A DNA stretch of 64,000 nucleotides from Bacteroidales bacterium (GTDB lineage Bacteria > Bacteroidota > Bacteroidia > Bacteroidales > UBA932). The stretch's first letter is position 1. Each line of letters opens with the position of its first letter. The position numbers and the translations under genes were made by a program. The stretch is from positions 9,163 through 73,162 of the forward strand of contig JAFYUS010000048.1 in NCBI GenBank assembly GCA_017549505.1, read 5' to 3'. This document shows, one piece after another, positions 1 through 9,691 of the stretch. The notes below the pieces were generated by a model. It did no database searches. It saw only the letters and a program-made list of their open reading frames with translations, and had not been told where the DNA came from.

Positions 1-25
1 TTACACAACTAGCCACAAAATAGCG

Positions 26-65
26 AGTGTAAAGAAATTTTACACTTATGTAAAGTAGTATTACA
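26..65. promoter_or_regulatory. Two tandem TGTAA-N7-TTACA palindromes upstream of pta (candidate operator)
   Basis: TGTAAagaaattTTACA at 28-44 (extends to 8-bp arms, 26-46) and TGTAAagtagtaTTACA at 49-65, just upstream of the -7 box TACATTTG at 83-90. Confidence 0.4.
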
Positions 66-82
66 ATTTGATGAAATTTGAT

Positions 83-90
83 TACATTTG
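83..90 (+). promoter_or_regulatory. Bacteroidota sigma-A -7 element for pta
   Basis: TACATTTG matches TAnnTTTG, 38 nt before the ATG. Confidence 0.6.
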
Positions 91-128
91 GAGGCTGAAA
101 AAGAAACAAACTAAAATTACACATAAAT

Positions 129-1136
129 ATGTCACTTATTGAAAGCATCATCGCACGTGCGAAATCTAACAGACAGCGCATCGTGCTTCCTGAATCACTC
201 GAAGAACGTACTCTTACAGCAGCAGACAAGTCTCTCGCTGACGAGATCGCAGACATCATCCTTATCGGCAACCCTGACGAGATCTTCGCTCTCGCAGACA
301 AGCTCGGTCTCAAGAACATCGGCAAGGCTACCATCATCGACCCTGCGACAAGCGAGAAGACAGCTGAATACGCAAACCTCCTTTATGAACTCCGCAAGAA
401 CAAGGGCATGACTCCAGAAAAGGCTGCTCAGCTCGTTCTCGACCCTCTTTATTTCGGATGCCTCATCATCAAGAGCGGAGATGCTGACGGACAGATCAGC
501 GGTGCTCTTTCTACAACAGGCGAAACTCTCCGTCCTGCCCTCCAGATCATCAAGTGCTCTCCAGGCATCTCATGCGTGAGCGGTGCGATGCTCATGATCA
601 CAAACACTCCTGAGTACGGTGAGAACGGTGTTCTCGTAGTAGGTGACGTTGCAGTAACCCCTATGCCGGACGCATCACAGCTTGCACAGATCGCTGTATG
701 TACAGCTCAGACTGCAAAGAGCGTTGCAGGTTTCGCAGATCCTAAGGTTGCAATGCTTTCATTCTCTACAATGGGTTCAGCTAAGCACGAGGTAGTGGAC
801 AAGGTCATCGAGGCTACAAAGCTCGCAAGAGAAATCGACCCTACAATCAAGGTAGAAGGTGAGCTTCAGGCTGACGCAGCCCTCGTTCCTTCAGTAGGTC
901 AGAAGAAGGCTCCGGGTTCAGAGATCGCAGGACATGCAAACGTTCTCGTATTCCCATGCCTCGAAGTAGGAAACATCGCCTACAAGCTCGTTCAGAGACT
1001 CGGTAATGCAGACGCCATCGGACCTATCCTCCAGGGTATCGCACGTCCGGTCAACGACCTCAGCCGCGGCTGCTCTGTCGACGACATCTACAAGATGGTC
1101 GCAATCACAGCCTGCCAGGCAATGGACGCGAAATAA
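129..1136 (+). CDS. pta: Phosphate acetyltransferase
   Basis: 335 aa; RIVLPE start, SFSTMGSA, GELQADAA, GNIAYKLVQR and GPILQGIARPVNDLSRGCS motifs of Pta. Confidence 0.96.
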   Translation: MSLIESIIARAKSNRQRIVLPESLEERTLTAADKSLADEIADIILIGNPDEIFALADKLGLKNIGKATIIDPATSEKTAEYANLLYELRKNKGMTPEKAAQLVLDPLYFGCLIIKSGDADGQISGALSTTGETLRPALQIIKCSPGISCVSGAMLMITNTPEYGENGVLVVGDVAVTPMPDASQLAQIAVCTAQTAKSVAGFADPKVAMLSFSTMGSAKHEVVDKVIEATKLAREIDPTIKVEGELQADAALVPSVGQKKAPGSEIAGHANVLVFPCLEVGNIAYKLVQRLGNADAIGPILQGIARPVNDLSRGCSVDDIYKMVAITACQAMDAK

Positions 1137-1155
1137 TGACTATCCACAAATACGC

Positions 1156-1185
1156 AAAGGAGCTTCTTATGAGGCTCCTTTATTT
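1156..1185 (+). terminator. Rho-independent terminator after pta
   Basis: AAAGGAGC-ttcttatgag-GCTCCTTT hairpin followed by a T-rich tail. Confidence 0.7.
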
Positions 1186-1193
1186 GTAACCAC

Positions 1194-4100
1194 ATGATTA
1201 TGAACAAGATATTAACCACAATTATCGCGACATTCTTCGCTGTCGCGACATTCGCACAGAAGCCGGATCCGAACTTCCACATCTACCTGTGCATAGGCCA
1301 GTCCAACATGGAGGCAGGTGCAAGGCCTGCAGAGCAGGACAAGGACTTCAATGATCCGAGATTCAGTTTCGTAGCCGCTGTGGACATGCCTACATTCGAC
1401 CGCAAGATGGGCGGATGGTACACTGCGGTGCCGCCTATCTGCCGCGAGGGCAACAACATGGGTCCCGTAGATTTCTTCGGACGCAGAATGATCGAAGTGC
1501 TGCCGGAAGAGATCAGGATCGGTGTAATCAACGTTTCCGTAGCGGGAGCGAAGATCGAACTTTGGGACAAGGATGATTATAAGGAATACATCGACAACGA
1601 GCGCGACTGGATGAAGGCCATAGTCGCGCAGTACGGAGGAAATCCTTATGCCAGACTTGTCGAGATGGCGAAGATTGCTCAGAAGGACGGAGTGATCAAG
1701 GGTATCCTCATGCATCAGGGAGAATCAAACTCCGAGGATCCGCTCTGGCCTGAGAGAGTGAAGAAGATCTACGACAATCTCTGCAAGGATCTTGGCCTTG
1801 ATCAGAAAGAAACTCCGCTTCTTGCCGGCGAGCTCAAATATGAAGAGCAGGACGGTGTATGCTGGAGATTCAACCGCGACATCATGCCTCGTCTTCCTGA
1901 GGTTCTTCCGAACGCACATATCATATCCGCTCTCGGCTGCGAAAGTACCGGTGACCAGTTTCACTTCAATACGGAAGGTATGCGTCTTCTGGGCAAACGT
2001 TATGCAGACAAGATGCTTGAACTCCAGGGTTATAAGGAAGTCGAGAGACGTACGGTGACTCTTGCTCCGAAGAAGCTCGGCATCGAGATCAGCCCGACCC
2101 TCAGCGGCATATTCTTCGAAGACATCAACCAGTCAGTCGACGGCGGTATAAGCGCACAGCTCATCCAGAACAACTCGTTCCAGGCCTACAATGTACCTTT
2201 CAATTCCGATACAGACGAGTTCTCAAAGTGTGATACCGTATTCTTCGGATGGACCGTCATCAACAAGGAAGGTGCAGGTAAGGCAAGAACAGTAAACGAC
2301 AGACCTCTTGTAAAGGACCTCAAGCCGCTTTATGACTTCGATCCGGACGATGAGTATGACGATTCAAAGAAATATCAGCAGTACAGCGTGCGCTTTGACA
2401 TTGAAGACCCGGGACAGGGCTTCGGTATTGCTGCAAACGGTTTCGGAATCTCTGAATATGTCAGAGGATGGGGAGCCAAGGGCATGTACTCAAACAATAC
2501 ACAGACTCCTTCGATTCCGGTAGTAAAGGATGTGACATACGATCTAGGCCTCTATCTGACAGGTGATTCATATCCAGGAACATTCTCCGTCTATCTTGAA
2601 GACAGGAACGGACAGGCAAATTCCAATACGGTTACGATAAGCAATATCGGCAATGACTGGAAGAAGTATGAAGGCCAGCTGAAGGCCGAACGTTCGGTTG
2701 ACAGCCGTCTGTGCATAGCCGCCGATGCCGCAGGTACATTCTACCTTGATTTCGTAACACTTGTTCCGGAAGCGTCACAGCTCTGGAAGGAAGGCAGATA
2801 TGGAGCGTTCCGCAAGGATCTTCTTCAGGCCCTCGCAGACCTCAATCCTACATTCATGCGTTTCCCTGGCGGATGCGCATCAGAGGGAACCGACTATTGG
2901 GGACAGGTATTCTGGAAGAACTCCATCGGTCCGGTGGAGGAGCGTATAGGCTTCCGTAACCATTGGGGATACTGGACTTCACAGTATATCGGATTCTACG
3001 AATATCTCCTTATGGCTGAATCCCTTGGAGCTACACCTCTTCCTGTATTCAACAACGGTGTGACCTGCCAGTTTGCAGGACACAAATATGTGGCACCTCT
3101 TGACACACAGGAAGACCGCGACAGATTCCGCTCAATCTTCGTCGACGACGTGCTTGACTTCATCGAATTCTGCAACGGTAGCGCTGACAGCGAATGGGGA
3201 GCGAAGAGAGCTGAAATGGGACATCCGGAACCGTTCAATCTCAAATACGTAGGAATCGGAAACGAGAACAGGGGAGATGCCTTCTGGGAGCGTTTCGATA
3301 TCATCTACAAGGCAGTAAAGGAAAAATATCCTGAAATTGTAATTGTATCAACTTCCGGTTCAGCAGATGCCGGTAGAGAGTTTGATGCCAACATGAAGCA
3401 GATTGACGAACTTTACCCTGATACGATCGTAGACGAACATTATTATAAAGGTGATGACTGGTTCTACAGCAATGGTCACAGATACGAACCGGGTAAGGTA
3501 CGTGGAGCTCAGGGCAACACCTATGACAGATCAAAGCCTACCAGAGTATTTGTCGGCGAATTTGCAAACAACAGGACCAACAATGCATATGCATCCACAC
3601 TCGCGGAAGCGGCATATTGGACAAGCCTTGAAAGGAATTCTGATATGGTAGTTATGGCTGCCTATGCTCCGCTGTTCTGCAAGAAAGGATACAACAAATG
3701 GAACTCTAACCTCATATGGTTCGACAACCGGGGAATGTGGAGAAGTACAAACTATTACTACCAGAAACTTTTCTCTGCTGCAGGTGACAGGGCATTCGAA
3801 ATGACACCGGCCATGGACGGTGCAGCTGCCGATTCCACAGTATACATGTCGCCTACGATTAACACAAGGTCAGGTGAAATCTACATCAAGTTCGTCAACT
3901 CAGAATGCGTAGATAAGGTATTCACCATCAAGACAGGAAACAAGAACGTTTATGACGTTTCAGTAGAGTTCATCTCATCTCATGACACAAAGGTGAAGAA
4001 CCAGGGAGACCAGAACTACTACTCGAGCCATCCTGAATACAACACGACTCCGTCATTCGGAGGTCCGAGAGGGGAGAGACCTGGTCTCAGAGAAATGGCA

Positions 4101-4238
4101 TGGAGATTCGGCCGCAGGGTGAAATACACCGAAGCCGTAGTTCCGCACACCAAGGAATACGGAAAGGTCAAGAAGTCATTTGAGATTGCCATCCCAGAAA
4201 ATTCTGTCGGAATCATCCGTCTTAAACCAACCAAATAA
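1194..4238 (+). CDS. Secreted fusion: CE6/SASA acetyl esterase + GH51 alpha-L-arabinofuranosidase
   Basis: Signal peptide; N-terminal GQSNM, HQGES and DQFH (SGNH/CE6) motifs; then GIFFEDIN..DGG, RFPGGC, GIGNEN and VFVGEFA (GH51). The start may be ATG 1200. Confidence 0.88.
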   Translation: MIMNKILTTIIATFFAVATFAQKPDPNFHIYLCIGQSNMEAGARPAEQDKDFNDPRFSFVAAVDMPTFDRKMGGWYTAVPPICREGNNMGPVDFFGRRMIEVLPEEIRIGVINVSVAGAKIELWDKDDYKEYIDNERDWMKAIVAQYGGNPYARLVEMAKIAQKDGVIKGILMHQGESNSEDPLWPERVKKIYDNLCKDLGLDQKETPLLAGELKYEEQDGVCWRFNRDIMPRLPEVLPNAHIISALGCESTGDQFHFNTEGMRLLGKRYADKMLELQGYKEVERRTVTLAPKKLGIEISPTLSGIFFEDINQSVDGGISAQLIQNNSFQAYNVPFNSDTDEFSKCDTVFFGWTVINKEGAGKARTVNDRPLVKDLKPLYDFDPDDEYDDSKKYQQYSVRFDIEDPGQGFGIAANGFGISEYVRGWGAKGMYSNNTQTPSIPVVKDVTYDLGLYLTGDSYPGTFSVYLEDRNGQANSNTVTISNIGNDWKKYEGQLKAERSVDSRLCIAADAAGTFYLDFVTLVPEASQLWKEGRYGAFRKDLLQALADLNPTFMRFPGGCASEGTDYWGQVFWKNSIGPVEERIGFRNHWGYWTSQYIGFYEYLLMAESLGATPLPVFNNGVTCQFAGHKYVAPLDTQEDRDRFRSIFVDDVLDFIEFCNGSADSEWGAKRAEMGHPEPFNLKYVGIGNENRGDAFWERFDIIYKAVKEKYPEIVIVSTSGSADAGREFDANMKQIDELYPDTIVDEHYYKGDDWFYSNGHRYEPGKVRGAQGNTYDRSKPTRVFVGEFANNRTNNAYASTLAEAAYWTSLERNSDMVVMAAYAPLFCKKGYNKWNSNLIWFDNRGMWRSTNYYYQKLFSAAGDRAFEMTPAMDGAAADSTVYMSPTINTRSGEIYIKFVNSECVDKVFTIKTGNKNVYDVSVEFISSHDTKVKNQGDQNYYSSHPEYNTTPSFGGPRGERPGLREMAWRFGRRVKYTEAVVPHTKEYGKVKKSFEIAIPENSVGIIRLKPTK

Positions 4239-4286
4239 ATGGATATGTATCTCTCCAAGAACAGGAGATTCCCGTTCTAAACATAT

Positions 4287-4314
4287 GGAGTGCTCTTCGG
4301 AGCACTCCTTTTTT
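4287..4314 (+). terminator. Rho-independent terminator
   Basis: GGAGTGCTC-TTCG-GAGCACTCC followed by TTTTTT; cUUCGg tetraloop. Confidence 0.9.
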
Positions 4315-4427
4315 GTTAAAATTGAATCATAAGGTATCAGTTTTATTTCCTACTTACTTTGTGTATTCCATATATCATGAGTATTACATAATTTTACATT
4401 AGGAAACTAACACTAAATACTGAAGAT

Positions 4428-6968
4428 ATGAGAAAAACTTTATGCATACTGACATCAGCAGTGCTGCTGGCATCATGCTCAGGAACAGCAGAACAGGACT
4501 TTGTTCTGAATGATTCCGAGTACTTCGAGAAACAGGGAGTGAATGTCCTTGTCTACAGCAACCTTTTCAACGGAGGATTCAACGACGAAAAGAACTCCGG
4601 AATCGAAATCATCCACCACGGTGTCAGAACGGTTCAAGGAGGAGCGGTAAGGCTTTCCAGCACTCCTGAACAGTGGGACCTCGTTCCTGCAACCCCTTCA
4701 AGAACCGTAAGCAAGGAAGACAGCTCCATCGAAGTCGCGATGCGTTATGAAGACTATGACTTCGACTCAAGAGTCGTAGTAACTGCAAAAGGCGAGGCTT
4801 TCGAGATTTCAGTATTTCTTGACGAACCTCTTCCTGAGAAACTGGTCGGCCATGCCGGATTCAATCTTGAATTCCTGCCGTCCCAGTATTGGGGAAAGAC
4901 TTACGTCGTGGACGGAAGACCCGACAGATTTCCTCGCTACGCAGCCAGCGAGACCGTAACAAAACCAAACAGCGAGAAGCCCAGACAGTTCAAGGGATAC
5001 AAGACATATGACGACCGTGGAACCGGTCGTTACATAGACCCCCTTCCGCTTGAGCAGGGAAGGGAATTCATCATCGCTCCGGATGCTCCGGAGAGGATGA
5101 TGACCATCAGCTCGGATGATTCGGACATCATGCTCTACGACGGACGCATGCTCGCACAGAACGGATGGTATGTATTCAGAAGCGAGCTTCCTGCCGACAA
5201 GGTTGGTAAAGTCATCACATGGACCGTTGAACCGAACTCGGTCAAAGGTTGGGTACGCGAGCCTAACATCGGTTTCTCACAGGTGGGCTATATGCCTGAC
5301 CAGCCGAAGATTGCAGTGATCGAGCTCGACAAGAACTATAAGTCCGAAAAGACAGCACAGGTAATCAAGGTCGAGACAGATGGCAATGAGACAGTAGCGT
5401 TCAAGGGCAAGGTCAGCAACTGGGGAAGATACTACAAGTACAATTATGACAGATTCGACTTCACAGAGCTCAAGGAACCTGGCGTATACTATATAAGGTA
5501 CGGTGAGACAAAGACCAACAACTTCATCATCAACGACAACGTATACGACAAGATCACAGACGCAACAAGCGACATATGGATCCCGATCCATATGAACCAT
5601 ATGTATGTAAACGAGGGTTACCGCGTATGGCACGGGGAACCTTTCAAGGAGGGTTATCGTCAGGCACCTAGAAACACTGACCATTTTGACCTCCATGACC
5701 AGGGTCCTACAACTGACACAAGATTCAAGGACCTCGAACTCATCCCGGGACTTAATGTCGGCGGATACTTCGACGCAGGCGACTTCGACATCGAGACTCA
5801 TTCAAACATCAGCGTTGTCCAGAACCTCGTAAGAGCATGGGAGCTCTTCCGCTCGGACAGAGACCAGACATTCGTAAGCCAGGAACAGCGTTATGTGGAC
5901 CTCCATCGTCCGGACGGAACTCCTGACATCCTCCAGTACATCGAGCACGGTGTTCTCAACCTCGTTGCCCAGGCAGAAATTCTCGGACACATGTCACAGA
6001 CACTCTCAAATTCAGTGCTTGACAACTATCATCACCTCGGAGACGCAGGTTCGCTTACAGACGGACTTCCTTACAATCCGGCCCTCAAGCCATACGAAGT
6101 GGCAAAGGACGGGAAGTCAAGCGGTACCCCTGACGACATGTGGGCGTTCACATCACGTGACCCTTACCGCGATTTCAACGCTGCGACAATGTTCGCAGCA
6201 GCCAGCCATGCCCTCAGAGGTTACAATGACGCTCTCGCCGACAGGGCACTGAAGCAGTCAAAGAGGCTCCTCAAGGAAGCGGCTGAACTCATGGCAAAGC
6301 GTCCTCAGAACGGAAACACAAGCCGCAGCGGTGCCGGTGGAAACATCTCTGCAAACCTGCAGCTATATGTTGCGACAGGGGAGCAGGAGTACCTCGACAA
6401 GTTCGAGGCAATGCTGTGGCCTTCACTTGACAGAAACGTGAACAGGTCACTCCAGACAGCCCTCGATGCGATTCCATATCTCGGCGAGGAGTACAAGGAG
6501 AAGCTCCGTCCATATGTTGAAGAGTTCAAGACGTTCATCGAAGACCTTGAAAAGGATAATCCTTACGGAGTTCCTATCGGCCTGGGCAACTGGGCAGGTG
6601 GCGGACAGGTACTGAATCACGGAACCACAGTATGCTATGCAAGCAAGTATTATCCGGAGATAATCGACAAGTCACATGCGTACAAGGTAGCAGAATGGTT
6701 CTTCGGACGTCATCCATACCACAATTACTCACTTGTGGCGACAGTAGGTGCAGCCCGTCCTAAGGAGGTATTCTACGGCAACAACAGAGCAGATTTCTCG
6801 TTCATTCCGGGCAACGTAGCACCAGGCGTCCTCTTCAGACATCCTGACCATTTCGAGAACTATGACGACTGGCCGTTCCTCTGGGGACAGAACGAAGGAA
6901 CGATCGGAGGAAATACAAGCTATCTGATCTTCGGTTCAGCGTTCAAGAATCTCGTAAGAGGCGAATAA
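4428..6968 (+). CDS. Glycoside hydrolase family 9 lipoprotein with Ig-like (CelD_N) domain and an extra N-terminal domain
   Basis: Lipobox LLASC; SQVGYMPDQPKIAV (CelD_N start); GGYFDAGDF catalytic Asp motif; C-terminal NEGTI catalytic Glu motif. Confidence 0.85.
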   Translation: MRKTLCILTSAVLLASCSGTAEQDFVLNDSEYFEKQGVNVLVYSNLFNGGFNDEKNSGIEIIHHGVRTVQGGAVRLSSTPEQWDLVPATPSRTVSKEDSSIEVAMRYEDYDFDSRVVVTAKGEAFEISVFLDEPLPEKLVGHAGFNLEFLPSQYWGKTYVVDGRPDRFPRYAASETVTKPNSEKPRQFKGYKTYDDRGTGRYIDPLPLEQGREFIIAPDAPERMMTISSDDSDIMLYDGRMLAQNGWYVFRSELPADKVGKVITWTVEPNSVKGWVREPNIGFSQVGYMPDQPKIAVIELDKNYKSEKTAQVIKVETDGNETVAFKGKVSNWGRYYKYNYDRFDFTELKEPGVYYIRYGETKTNNFIINDNVYDKITDATSDIWIPIHMNHMYVNEGYRVWHGEPFKEGYRQAPRNTDHFDLHDQGPTTDTRFKDLELIPGLNVGGYFDAGDFDIETHSNISVVQNLVRAWELFRSDRDQTFVSQEQRYVDLHRPDGTPDILQYIEHGVLNLVAQAEILGHMSQTLSNSVLDNYHHLGDAGSLTDGLPYNPALKPYEVAKDGKSSGTPDDMWAFTSRDPYRDFNAATMFAAASHALRGYNDALADRALKQSKRLLKEAAELMAKRPQNGNTSRSGAGGNISANLQLYVATGEQEYLDKFEAMLWPSLDRNVNRSLQTALDAIPYLGEEYKEKLRPYVEEFKTFIEDLEKDNPYGVPIGLGNWAGGGQVLNHGTTVCYASKYYPEIIDKSHAYKVAEWFFGRHPYHNYSLVATVGAARPKEVFYGNNRADFSFIPGNVAPGVLFRHPDHFENYDDWPFLWGQNEGTIGGNTSYLIFGSAFKNLVRGE

Positions 6969-7003
6969 TCAGCGACTTGAACCAATTGTTAACAAGTCTG
7001 TTG

Positions 7004-7042
7004 ATAAATAAATGCGGTAGGGGCCCTATCGCATTTATTTAT
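7004..7042 (+). terminator. Hairpin/terminator between the GH9 gene and nrdD
   Basis: ATAAATAAATGCG-GTAGG..CCTAT-CGCATTTATTTAT inverted repeat; the -7-like TACCTTCG follows at 7047-7054. Confidence 0.6.
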
Positions 7043-7087
7043 TGGATACCTTCGCATCTCTAGTCGATTTATCAAAAACAACCACAT

Positions 7088-9187
7088 ATGAGCAGCGCAG
7101 ATATAACCATCATCAAACGAGACGGCAAGCGTAAGACCTTCTCTGTCGAGAAGATCAAGAACGCTATCCGTAAGGCTTTCCTTTCGGTCGGCAGCTTTGC
7201 GACAGAGGAAGACCTCGTGAACATCCTCTCCCACGTACGCATCACTGAAGGAATGCATGTGGAGGAAATCCAGAACCAGGTCGAGATCGGTCTCATGGCA
7301 GAGCAGTATTTTGCAGTAGCAAAGGCCTATATGCTCTACAGACAGAGACACATGGAAGACCGTGAAGTACGTGACCACCTCGACTTCCTTATCCAGTACT
7401 GCCAGGCTGAGAACGCAGCTACAGGCAGCAAGTACGATGCAAACGCAAACATCGACAGAAAGAACCTTGCAACGCTGATCGGCGAGCTTCCGAAGAAGAA
7501 CTTCATCCGTCTTAACCGTCGAATCCTTACAGACAGAATGAAGAAGATGTACGGCAAGGAAATGTCCGACAAATACATCAGACTTCTCAAGAACCACCAT
7601 ATCTACAAGAATGACGAGACTTCTCTCGCCAACTATTGCGCCAGCATCACCATGTATCCTTGGCTTCTCGAGGGTACGAAGCCTATCGGCGGCAATTCCA
7701 TCGGTCCTACAAACCTGAAGTCATTCTGCGGTGGATTCATCAACCTCGTGTTCATGGTATCAAGCATGCTCAGCGGTGCCTGCGCTACACCTGAGTTCCT
7801 CATGTACATGAACTACTTCGTAGGAAAGGAATACGGTGTAGATTATTGGAAGAACCCTGAAAGACAGGCAGATAACTCGACTAAGAAGCGTTCTATAGAC
7901 AAGGTTATCACAGACTGCTTCGAGCAGATCGTATACTCGATCAACCAGCCTACCGGCGCAAGAAACTTCCAGTCGGTATTCTGGAACATCTCATACTACG
8001 ACAAGAACTATTTCGAAAGCATCTTCGGCGAGTTCAGGTTCCCTGACGGCTCGAAGCCTGACTGGGACGGCCTTTCATGGCTCCAGAAGCGCTTCATGAA
8101 GTGGTTCAACGCAGAAAGACTCAAGACTCCTCTTACATTCCCTGTAGAGACAATGGCGCTTCTTACAGAGAACAACGAAGTCAAGGACAAGGAGTGGGGC
8201 GACTTTACAGCAGAGATGTATTCTGAGGGACATTCATTCTTCACATACATGAGCGACAACGCCGACTCTCTTGCATCTTGCTGCCGTCTGCGCAACGAGA
8301 TCCAGGACAACGGATTCAGCTACACACTCGGAGCAGGTGGAGTATCAACCGGTTCAAAGAGCGTACTTACAATCAACCTTAACCGCTGCGTCCAGTATGC
8401 AGTCAAGAACGGACGCGACTACATCACATACCTCGCCGAGGTAGTTGACCTCGTCCATAAGGTGCAGCTCGCATACGACGAAAACCTCAAGGCATTCAAG
8501 GAGCAGGGCATGCTTCCTCTCTTCGATGCAGGTTTCATCAATATCGGTCGCCAATACCTTACAGTAGGTATCAACGGTCTGGTAGAGGCTGCCGAATTCC
8601 TCGGAATCGAGATCAACGACAATCCTGAGTACGTGAAGTTCGTACAGGAGACTCTCGGACTCATCGAAGAGTACAACAAGAAGTACCGCACGAAGACAAC
8701 CCTCTTCAACTGTGAAATGATTCCTGCAGAGAACGTAGGTGTGAAGCATGCGAAGTGGGATAGGGAAGACGGCTATGCAGTTCCACGCGACTGCTATAAC
8801 AGCTACTTCTACATCGTAGAGGACAAGTCCCTTAACATCATCGACAAGATGCGTCTGCACGGACGTAAATATATCGAGCACCTCACAGGAGGTTCCGCTC
8901 TCCACCTTAACCTTGAAGAACACCTTTCAAAGGCACAGTATGCCCAGCTTCTCAGAGTTGCAGCACAGGAAGGATGTAACTACTTTACATTCAACATCCC
9001 TAACACCATCTGCAACAAGTGTGGCCATATCAGCAAGAACTATCTGAAACAGTGCCCTGAATGTCATAGCGAAGATATTGATTATCTGACTCGTATCATC
9101 GGTTATATGAAGCGTATCAGCAACTTCTCTATGGCTCGTCAGGAAGAGGCTGCTAGACGTTACTACCACAGTAACGAAGCTAAATAG
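7088..9187 (+). CDS. nrdD: Anaerobic (class III) ribonucleoside-triphosphate reductase
   Basis: N-terminal ATP cone (IIKRDG), ASCCRL active-site cysteines, C-terminal CxxC..CPxC zinc site and TRIIGY glycyl-radical motif. Confidence 0.95.
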   Translation: MSSADITIIKRDGKRKTFSVEKIKNAIRKAFLSVGSFATEEDLVNILSHVRITEGMHVEEIQNQVEIGLMAEQYFAVAKAYMLYRQRHMEDREVRDHLDFLIQYCQAENAATGSKYDANANIDRKNLATLIGELPKKNFIRLNRRILTDRMKKMYGKEMSDKYIRLLKNHHIYKNDETSLANYCASITMYPWLLEGTKPIGGNSIGPTNLKSFCGGFINLVFMVSSMLSGACATPEFLMYMNYFVGKEYGVDYWKNPERQADNSTKKRSIDKVITDCFEQIVYSINQPTGARNFQSVFWNISYYDKNYFESIFGEFRFPDGSKPDWDGLSWLQKRFMKWFNAERLKTPLTFPVETMALLTENNEVKDKEWGDFTAEMYSEGHSFFTYMSDNADSLASCCRLRNEIQDNGFSYTLGAGGVSTGSKSVLTINLNRCVQYAVKNGRDYITYLAEVVDLVHKVQLAYDENLKAFKEQGMLPLFDAGFINIGRQYLTVGINGLVEAAEFLGIEINDNPEYVKFVQETLGLIEEYNKKYRTKTTLFNCEMIPAENVGVKHAKWDREDGYAVPRDCYNSYFYIVEDKSLNIIDKMRLHGRKYIEHLTGGSALHLNLEEHLSKAQYAQLLRVAAQEGCNYFTFNIPNTICNKCGHISKNYLKQCPECHSEDIDYLTRIIGYMKRISNFSMARQEEAARRYYHSNEAK

Positions 9188-9189
9188 GC

Positions 9190-9642
9190 ATGCTAAAGTG
9201 CTACAGTTACGATATTGTCTGCCAGGAGATCCCCGACGAGATCAGCCTGGCAGTCAATATTTCATGCTGTCCCAACAGATGTCCCGGATGCCACAGCCCA
9301 TGGCTATGGAGCGACGAAGGAGAGATCATGGACGAGGAGATGCTTTCAAACCTGATAGGGAAGTACTCGGCTGCGCTCACATGCTTCTGCTTCATGGGAG
9401 GGGACGCTGAGCCCTTCGAAGTAATGAGACTGGCCAAATGGATAAAGTCACGATGGCCGCATATCAAGACAGCATGGTATTCCGGAAAGGAGAGACTTCC
9501 GGAAGGATTTGAAATGACTTCGATGGACTATATAAAGTTAGGACCGTACATCGAAGCACTCGGCGGCCTGAAATCTCCAGAAACTAATCAGGCCCTCTAC
9601 AGAATTGGTCCGGATGGGATAATGACGCATATTAAATTTTAA
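9190..9642 (+). CDS. nrdG: Anaerobic RNR activating protein (radical SAM)
   Basis: CPNRCPGCHS (CxxxCxxC), FMGGD and YIKLGPY motifs; 2 nt downstream of nrdD. Confidence 0.93.
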   Translation: MLKCYSYDIVCQEIPDEISLAVNISCCPNRCPGCHSPWLWSDEGEIMDEEMLSNLIGKYSAALTCFCFMGGDAEPFEVMRLAKWIKSRWPHIKTAWYSGKERLPEGFEMTSMDYIKLGPYIEALGGLKSPETNQALYRIGPDGIMTHIKF

Positions 9643-9691
9643 TCGGTGTATATTTTGTATTACCTTTGCTTCCGATAATTTAATAAGCATC

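Noticed and set aside
6989-7600. 203-aa minus-strand ORF and other long antisense/overlapping ORFs (for example 13614-14477, 27209-27982, 29316-30125, 30269-31144, 39998-40696, 44514-45299)
   Set aside because: They are shadows of well-supported genes on the opposite strand, caused by biased codon usage, and show no motifs
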